Shown here: piece after piece, positions 57,871 to 64,000 of the stretch | Layout of the letters: every line of letters starts with the position of its first letter | Position numbering within the stretch: position 1 is the first letter of the stretch | Source: Candidatus Saccharimonadota bacterium | GTDB taxonomy: Bacteria > Patescibacteriota > Saccharimonadia > Saccharimonadales > SLHW01 | Reading direction: 5' to 3' | DNA length: 64,000 nt | Assembly (NCBI GenBank): GCA_024635455.1 | Contig: JAGXIU010000003.1 | Span: forward strand, 3,966 to 67,965 | Position numbers and translations under genes: made by a program | The notes under the pieces: model-generated | Seen by the model: only the letters and a program-made list of their open reading frames with translations | Told to the model about the DNA's origin: nothing | Database searches by the model: none

Positions 57871-58668
57871 CTAAATGTCAATCTCTATACTTACTGGGCA
57901 ATGATCAGAGCCGGTAATTTCGGGGTGTATGTCCGCGGAACGTACTTTATTAGCAAGTTTTTCTGACACTAAAATATAATCAATCCGCCAGCCAACATTG
58001 CGCGCTCGAGCGTTTGCCCAGTGAGTCCACCAGCTATAATGGCCGTTACCTTCGGTAAAAATCCGAAACGTATCGACGAATCCGGCATCTATGAATTTTT
58101 GAAACCCGGCTCGTTCTTCATCTGTGAAGCCGTGTTTGCCGACATTGTCTTTTGGGCGAGCTAGATCGTCTTCGGTATGTGCAACGTTGAGGTCACCACA
58201 AAAGATAACCGCCTTATCTACATTTAGTCGAGTGATGTACTCTAGGAAAGCAGGATCCCAGTGCTTGTCGCGTAACTTGAGGCGCGACAAATCACCTTTG
58301 CTATTGGGCGTATAGACGGTGACGATATAAAAGTTCTTGTACTCCGCAGCAACAACACGCCCTTCGGTTGCCGGATTGCCATAATCATCCTCGCCAAGAT
58401 GATATTTTTTAACAATGTCTTCTGGCAGGCCATTCGTGACGTTTAGCGGAGTTGGTTTAGAAAAAATTGCAGTACCGCTGTAGCCTTTTTTCTCAGCTGA
58501 GCACCAGTATTCTTCGTAATCAAGTAGGTCAACTTCAACTTGTTCTTTATTAGCCTTGGTTTCCTGCAAACATAATATATCCGGCTGGTGTTCGCCAATA
58601 AAGGGCTGCAACGCCTCTTTTTTAATGACGGCTCGGATGCCGTTCACGTTCCAGGAATATAGCTTCAT
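57871..58668 (-). CDS. xth: Exodeoxyribonuclease III / AP endonuclease
   Basis: SWNVNGIR, LQETK, GDLNVAH, GWRIDY, GSDHCP. Confidence 0.96.
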   Translation of the reverse strand: MKLYSWNVNGIRAVIKKEALQPFIGEHQPDILCLQETKANKEQVEVDLLDYEEYWCSAEKKGYSGTAIFSKPTPLNVTNGLPEDIVKKYHLGEDDYGNPATEGRVVAAEYKNFYIVTVYTPNSKGDLSRLKLRDKHWDPAFLEYITRLNVDKAVIFCGDLNVAHTEDDLARPKDNVGKHGFTDEERAGFQKFIDAGFVDTFRIFTEGNGHYSWWTHWANARARNVGWRIDYILVSEKLANKVRSADIHPEITGSDHCPVSIEIDI

Positions 58669-58716
58669 ACTTTGTAGTATAGCGATTACGTTCGCAATCT
58701 GCTACCATAGCTCCCA

Positions 58717-59421
58717 ATGTATAAACGCGTACTGATAAAGTTTTCTGGTGAACAATTAACTGGTGAGCATGAATTTGGCGTTGATCCAAACATTGCAAAA
58801 TACATTGCAACTGAACTAAAACAGGCGCAGCAAACTGGTTGTGAAATAGTCCTCGTCGTTGGTGGTGGCAATATGGTGCGCGGAGCTGAAATCGCTGGTA
58901 AAGGCATACGCCGTGTTACTGCGGATCAAATGGGTATGCTGAGCGGCTTGATTAACGCTATGGCGTTGACGGATATCTTTGAGCACGAAGGTTTACCGAC
59001 GCGTTGCACCAGCAATATATATGCTGAACAGGTAGCTGAGAGCTACTCATATCGCTTAGCAGAGAAACACCTCGAGCGTGGCCGCGTATTAATAATTGCA
59101 GGTGGTTTAGGCCGACCATATTTCACTCATGACACCGCTGCTGTGTCGCTAGCGCTTGAGCTTGATTGTCAGGCTGTGCTGAAAGCGACGAAAGTCGATG
59201 GCGTATACAATAAGGACCCACAGGAGCACGCCGACGCTAAAAAGTTTGACTCACTTAGTTACCAGCACGCCGTTGAAAACGGTGCTATTAAGGTTATGGA
59301 CAAGGCTGCACTCGGGCTTGCTATGGAACAGCAGATGCCAGTGGTGGTGTTTGATTCCACTGAGCCAGGCAATATCGCGAAGATATTAGCTGGTGAGCAG
59401 ATTGGCACAAAAGTCAGCTAG
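58717..59421 (+). CDS. pyrH: Uridylate kinase
   Basis: KRVLIKFSGE, VGGGN, ADQMGML, PYFTHD, KVDGVY..DP, VMD. Confidence 0.96.
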   Translation: MYKRVLIKFSGEQLTGEHEFGVDPNIAKYIATELKQAQQTGCEIVLVVGGGNMVRGAEIAGKGIRRVTADQMGMLSGLINAMALTDIFEHEGLPTRCTSNIYAEQVAESYSYRLAEKHLERGRVLIIAGGLGRPYFTHDTAAVSLALELDCQAVLKATKVDGVYNKDPQEHADAKKFDSLSYQHAVENGAIKVMDKAALGLAMEQQMPVVVFDSTEPGNIAKILAGEQIGTKVS

Positions 59422-61778
59422 CGAGCTGTAATATCATCTTCATCTAGGGTAACGTGGTCGCCAGGATTTACTTCTTTTTTCAGAATAAGTTTAGCAATGG
59501 TGTCTTCGATTGTTTGTTGAATCATGCGTCGCATTGGTCGAGCACCGAGCCGTGGATCGTAGCCAAGGTGGACGACTTTCTTGGTGGCTTCAGGCGTTAG
59601 CGCAACGGATATGTTCTGCTGAGATAAGGTTTGGTTGACGTCACCTATCATGAGTCCGACTACCTGCTCAAGCTCAGTTTCATTCAGCGGACGGAACAGA
59701 ACAATTTCGTCGTAGCGGTTCAGGAGCTCAGGCTTAAATTGCCCACTATTAATAAGCTCATCGATAAATGGTTTCTCAAATTCTTCGAGCGGCTTACCCT
59801 GCTCTACCTGGCTACGTATAGATTGGGCACCAGCGTTCGAAGTAGTGATGATTATGCAGTCACGGAAGGATGCAGACTTGCCTGAAGAGTCACTTAATTG
59901 TCCTTCATCGAGTAGTTGCAGTAATAAGTTCAAGATATTGGTGTGGGCCTTCTCAATCTCATCAAGTAAAATCACCGAATATGGCTGACTGCGAACTGAC
60001 ATAATCAAGCTGTTACTGTCAGTGGTTCCATCAGAGAGGAGCCTGTGTACGTCCTCAGCTTGCTGATACTCACTCATATCTAACCGAATCATTTGTTTTT
60101 CATCACCGAAGTAAACAGCGCTGAGTGCTTTTGCGAGCTCAGTTTTACCAACGCCAGTTGGGCCGAGGAACAGGAAACTACCCATTGGCCGGTTTGGGTT
60201 TGCTACACCGGCGCGAGAGCGACGTAAGGCATTGGACACAACTTCAACTGCTCTGGTTTGGTTGACCATCCGCTCGTGAATTTTAGCTTCTAGATTAATC
60301 AATGTATCTGATTCAGCCTCAGTTACAGACGTGAGCTTAACACCCTGAGTTTCTTCGATTGATTGTTGCACTGAGCGGTCAGTAATAATGCCGTCGTCAG
60401 GATACGCAAGTGCTTGTTCTAGTACGCGAATAGATCGACCCGGCTCAGTCAAATCTTGCATATAGCGTTCACTCAGCGTTCGTGCTTCGGTAAGGGCGCG
60501 GTAGGTTATTAGTGTCTGTTGCTGGTGCTCAAGCTTAATGGCGGTGTCCTGGAGGATTTCAAGAACCTTTTTTGGTTCTGGTTCTTGAATCACAACTGAG
60601 GTGAGGCTGCTCGCGAATGATGGGCTACGAGCTTTGAGCTCCTGGAGGTTACGAGGCGTCATGGCAAGAACTAGTTGGAGAGATTTGGATTGAGCAGCAG
60701 GTAGTAGCAGATGTGTTGCGTCAAATGTTCCATTGCCGTCACGCAAGAACAAGTCAGCATTGTCCAGAAATAATACAATATTGCCCGCATGAGACGCCTC
60801 CTGCAGCAATGTGTCTACAATATGCTCTAGTTCACCTTGTCGTTGTGCGCTGGAGATAATTGCCGATGCGTCAAGCCCAATAATTTGTTTGTGCCGCAGC
60901 TTTGGATCATGGGCTTCTGCTAGTAATGATTGGGCTAAGGCATACACATGACTGGTCTTACCGGCGCCTTCACCTCCGATCAGGGCAACAGTACCATTTC
61001 CTTTGGTTAAGGCGCTTCGTAGCGCATGTACGCCGGGCGACGTCGTCAGAGCGCCAAAATGAGCATTATGTCGCTGGATAGCTTGGCTGATATTGACACC
61101 AAACATTTGCAGCGTTGGAGTGAAGCCACTCGCCCAATCTCGCCCAATACCACCAAAATAGGGTTTTTCTGCCCGCTGGGCTTCAATAATCCGATCAAGC
61201 CAGAGTTGAATACTTTCTATATCACTATCAGAAATATTGAGACGACTACAAAGATCACTGATTGCTTTCGTATTGCGGAGCAACGCAGAGATTATATGAC
61301 CGACTTCAATCGTCCCTGTAGGTGACGCTTGTGCACTTGCCTTCTCTAAGTAGGCTGGCAAATTTGTCTCTTCGTCACTTATTAATTCAGCAATAACATC
61401 AGAGGGGAGCAACAACCGGTTTGTAAAAAACCGCGACTGCCAATTATCCAGATAGGCTTGCCATAATCGCCTCGGCGTCAATGAGCCGTGCTTTGGTAAG
61501 AGGGCTAATGCGTCAATTGATAGCCGTTCATTGATTGCTGGCCCATTCGGTTTAAGTATCGCGAGATCACGCTTATACCAGGTGGCAAACATCCATACGC
61601 TAAGCGTGATGGCACCCAGTAAATATGCAATAGTAGCACCACCACTTACCAGCAGGGTAAGTGTGACGCCGAAGCCGAGCCAGTAAAGTACTCGTAATAT
61701 CGTATAGCCGCGAGAGCCAACATGACGTGCTAACCGAGCTTTCCTGGCGCGTAAGCTGTTGCTGTTTATACTGTTCAT
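59418..61778 (-). CDS. Membrane-anchored ClpA/ClpB-like AAA+ ATPase
   Basis: N-terminal TM hairpin; D1 GGEGAGKT/LFLDN; D2 GPTGVGKT/LLDEIEK, GARPMRR; ATGA-coupled to the upstream gene. Confidence 0.88.
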   Translation of the reverse strand: MNSINSNSLRARKARLARHVGSRGYTILRVLYWLGFGVTLTLLVSGGATIAYLLGAITLSVWMFATWYKRDLAILKPNGPAINERLSIDALALLPKHGSLTPRRLWQAYLDNWQSRFFTNRLLLPSDVIAELISDEETNLPAYLEKASAQASPTGTIEVGHIISALLRNTKAISDLCSRLNISDSDIESIQLWLDRIIEAQRAEKPYFGGIGRDWASGFTPTLQMFGVNISQAIQRHNAHFGALTTSPGVHALRSALTKGNGTVALIGGEGAGKTSHVYALAQSLLAEAHDPKLRHKQIIGLDASAIISSAQRQGELEHIVDTLLQEASHAGNIVLFLDNADLFLRDGNGTFDATHLLLPAAQSKSLQLVLAMTPRNLQELKARSPSFASSLTSVVIQEPEPKKVLEILQDTAIKLEHQQQTLITYRALTEARTLSERYMQDLTEPGRSIRVLEQALAYPDDGIITDRSVQQSIEETQGVKLTSVTEAESDTLINLEAKIHERMVNQTRAVEVVSNALRRSRAGVANPNRPMGSFLFLGPTGVGKTELAKALSAVYFGDEKQMIRLDMSEYQQAEDVHRLLSDGTTDSNSLIMSVRSQPYSVILLDEIEKAHTNILNLLLQLLDEGQLSDSSGKSASFRDCIIITTSNAGAQSIRSQVEQGKPLEEFEKPFIDELINSGQFKPELLNRYDEIVLFRPLNETELEQVVGLMIGDVNQTLSQQNISVALTPEATKKVVHLGYDPRLGARPMRRMIQQTIEDTIAKLILKKEVNPGDHVTLDEDDITAR

Positions 61779-62137
61779 GTAATCACCGCCAATAAGAAAA
61801 GCCCGATAACGCCAGCAGGTATAAACACCCATAAAACGATTTCAAGTAAACTCACGATGCTGGCAACTGATATTACGAAAGCCGAAGTAACTAGTACGAT
61901 AAACCGAGCGAGAAATCCCACGAGACGACTTACTGTGTTATCTATAACGGCACGTAATATGCCGTCAACACCTGGTCCAGGGTTTGTGGTGACGCGTCGC
62001 CAGGGTGAAAAAAGTGTCCGCAAGATAATCGGCACCGAGAAAAGTCGGTAGGCATCAAATATGCGCTTCTCGCCGTGTCGTATGGCGGATTTCCAGCCCG
62101 CACCATACCACCATTGGAACAGAGACAATGCAATCAT
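61775..62137 (-). CDS. Small membrane protein coupled to the Clp ATPase
   Basis: WWY..GW, TLFSPWRR, SRLVGF..R, C-terminal TM helices. Confidence 0.75.
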   Translation of the reverse strand: MIALSLFQWWYGAGWKSAIRHGEKRIFDAYRLFSVPIILRTLFSPWRRVTTNPGPGVDGILRAVIDNTVSRLVGFLARFIVLVTSAFVISVASIVSLLEIVLWVFIPAGVIGLFLLAVIT

Positions 62138-62171
62138 GGGTCATATTGTAGCACCAAACACCTCTAGCCAG

Positions 62172-62358
62172 AAGATATGACCACCCCTCTCCTGGCGGAG
62201 AGGGAGGGATGACATCGTTGCCACTGCACTGATGCTCGATGCAAGCATCTGCGCGTCAGCTTGCGTCACCGAACCCTTCCGCTTCCAGCGGATACGGGTT
62301 CGTATCCTTTCTCCAAAAGAGAAACGGCCATACCATAAAGATATGACCGCTTCTCTCC
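62172..62358 (-). repeat. tRNA-linked element with duplicated tRNA-Ser 3' end
   Basis: 39-bp direct repeat 62172-62210 / 62338-62376 (35/39 identical); shared 19-bp core at 62235-62253. Confidence 0.8.
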
Positions 62359-62448
62359 TGGCGGAGAGAGAGGGATTCGAACCCTCGAAACGGTTGCCCG
62401 TTTACACGCTTTCCAAGCGTGCGCCTTCAGCCACTCGGCCACCTCTCC
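62359..62448 (-). tRNA. tRNA-Ser (GGA)
   Basis: GGAGAGG acceptor, CACGC-TTGGAAA-GCGTG, long variable arm, GGTTCGAATCC, GCCA. Confidence 0.97.
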
Positions 62449-62511
62449 ACAGTGCTATATCCTAACAGCTTTCTTACCGCGAGACCACGTAATTACGACA
62501 ATTGAGCGCCC

Positions 62512-62545
62512 CTAAACCCGACAGACTATAGTCTGTCGGGTTTAG
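62512..62545. repeat. REP-like perfect 34-bp palindrome, copy 2
   Basis: CTAAACCCGACAGACTA/TAGTCTGTCGGGTTTAG. Confidence 0.8.
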
Positions 62546-62666
62546 CAAAGTCTTCAAAATAGTAACCAAAAACCAAACATAATGAGTCTAATCAATACGC
62601 ATAAACAAAAAAATACCACAATAACACCTTGAATTATCTTGTGGAAAAGAAGTACAATTATAAAGA

Positions 62667-63539
62667 GTGAACAATATTATCCAACTACAAGACGTAAGCA
62701 AACTTTACGGCTTTGGCGATGCTACGACGGTAGCCGTTGAAGACGTTAGTTTGCAGGTGCGCAAGGGCGAGTTCATCGCTGTTATGGGTCCGAGTGGTTC
62801 TGGCAAGTCTACGTTAATGAATTTAATCGGCTTGCTCGATCGCCCTACTGAGGGCATGTATATGCTGCAAGGTAGAAAAGTCTCACGGCTCAGCGCCTGG
62901 CGACGGGCCCGCTACCGTCGAGACTGCATTGGCTTTGTATTCCAGTCGTTTAATTTACTCGCAACAATGACCTCGCTCGAGAACGTGGCGCTTCCCCTTG
63001 CCTACAAAGGTATGACGCAGACTCGTCGACTCAAGCAAGCTGGAAATGCGCTTGAGCGAGTTGGTCTGGCTGACCGCGAATATTACTATCCGAATCAGTT
63101 AAGCGGTGGACAGATGCAGCGTGTCGCAATTGCGCGGGCTTTGGTTAATAACCCAGAAATTATTATCGCTGATGAACCAACCGGGAATCTAGACAGCGCG
63201 TCGAGCCGAGTTGTACTGGAGTTATTGAGTGATTTACATAAATCTGGTCACACTATCCTGATGGTAACGCATAACCCGGAATTAACTCGCTACGCGACTC
63301 GTGTAGTATTCATGCACGACGGAACCATTGTTGCTGATCAAAGTTCCAGTATCGGTACCGTTCCTGACATTGCGAAAAAGATGTATCTAAAGCCCAAAAA
63401 GACCGAAGAGGATGACCTCGAGGGTGTATCAGCTCTCATGGACGCTGTTCCCCAGAAAGATGAGAAGAGTGCCAAAAAAACCAAAAAACCAAAAAAGAAG
63501 TCAAAGTCTAGCAAAAAATCGAGGAGCAAGAAGTCATGA
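62667..63539 (+). CDS. ABC transporter ATP-binding protein (MacB/LolD/FtsE family)
   Basis: [36 protein letters not shown]; Lys-rich tail. Confidence 0.95.
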   Translation: MNNIIQLQDVSKLYGFGDATTVAVEDVSLQVRKGEFIAVMGPSGSGKSTLMNLIGLLDRPTEGMYMLQGRKVSRLSAWRRARYRRDCIGFVFQSFNLLATMTSLENVALPLAYKGMTQTRRLKQAGNALERVGLADREYYYPNQLSGGQMQRVAIARALVNNPEIIIADEPTGNLDSASSRVVLELLSDLHKSGHTILMVTHNPELTRYATRVVFMHDGTIVADQSSSIGTVPDIAKKMYLKPKKTEEDDLEGVSALMDAVPQKDEKSAKKTKKPKKKSKSSKKSRSKKS

Positions 63540-64000
63540 TGCTCAAAAATAACCTACGCATGGCACTTGGCTCGCTTCGCTCTTCACGGGGCAGAAGTTT
63601 TTTGACTATGCTCGGTATTATCGTGGGCATCGTATCGGTGGTGACGATCGTTTCAGTTGGCGAAGGGGTAAAACGAAGTATTGCCGGCGAAGCTGATTCA
63701 CTTGGCGCAGAGACGATTACTGTATTACCTGGGAACCAGGTGGAGCGTGACGAAACCGGCACCATAACCAGCTATAATCCGCTTCAATCAGTTGGCTATT
63801 CTCTGACAGAAACTGACCTTGCAGAAATAAAAAAGCTAGATGGTATTTCAGAAGTTGTGCCGTTTGTGCGGGTTTCTGGCATACCGCAGCTCGACGAACA
63901 AACACAAATGCCGAGTGCAGATGTATTGGCGGTATCTGGTGATGTCCCACAAGTACTCAATCAGGAGGTACGTTTTGGTACCTGGCTTGAAGAAGACACT
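63536..64000 (+). CDS. MacB-like ABC permease (partial, runs off window)
   Basis: ATGA overlap; MALGSLRSSRGRSFLTMLGIIVGIVSVVTIVSVGEG. Confidence 0.9.
   Translation, partial: MMLKNNLRMALGSLRSSRGRSFLTMLGIIVGIVSVVTIVSVGEGVKRSIAGEADSLGAETITVLPGNQVERDETGTITSYNPLQSVGYSLTETDLAEIKKLDGISEVVPFVRVSGIPQLDEQTQMPSADVLAVSGDVPQVLNQEVRFGTWLEEDT

Noticed and set aside
62232..62465. 77-aa + strand ORF ending AEREGFEPS...
   Set aside because: Antisense translation of tRNA-Ser and its linked repeat.
1..64000. Alternative genetic code (TGA recoding as in Gracilibacteria/Absconditabacteria)
   Set aside because: Conserved genes are full length under code 11 and several end in TGA with coupled ATGA overlaps.

Overview
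A 64-kb chromosomal segment from a Candidate Phyla Radiation (Patescibacteria) bacterium, most likely Saccharibacteria/TM7. The taxonomy is inferred from gene content: a reduced dcw cluster, an alpha2-type GlyRS, a sigma4/HARE-HTH protein, a membrane-anchored Clp ATPase, and sortase, PEGA, DUF3048 and pilin-like proteins. Genes run mostly on + up to 33.7 kb and mostly on - after 34.6 kb. They converge on a gene-free 0.9-kb gap that holds a near-palindromic 28-bp dif-like site, so the window probably spans the replication terminus. Housekeeping content: pyrG (3' end), rpmA, xseAB, recO, glyQS, mraZ-rsmH-ftsL-ftsI-mraY-ftsW-murG-ftsQ, topA, dprA, pth, der, gltX, xth, pyrH and three tRNAs (Glu-CTC, Leu-CAA, Ser-GGA). 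An accessory tract at 11.5-25 kb includes a heliorhodopsin. The most interesting unexplained signals are non-coding: (1) a ~450-nt highly structured RNA gene with its own promoter and terminator between dprA and pth that I cannot assign to a known class; (2) a ~260-nt structured element with exposed anti-Shine-Dalgarno-like motifs between mraZ and rsmH, plus a 19-codon small ORF and hairpin before ftsL; (3) a shared ~165-bp element behind two different tRNAs that duplicates the tRNA 3' end and splits its T-loop. Also notable are a pseudo-kinase/pseudo-receiver pair, an FHA-ParB-like fusion, and pervasive leaderless promoter architecture. No CRISPR array, integrase, transposase, reverse transcriptase or rRNA was seen. 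All structures were paired by eye; no searches or folding programs were run.
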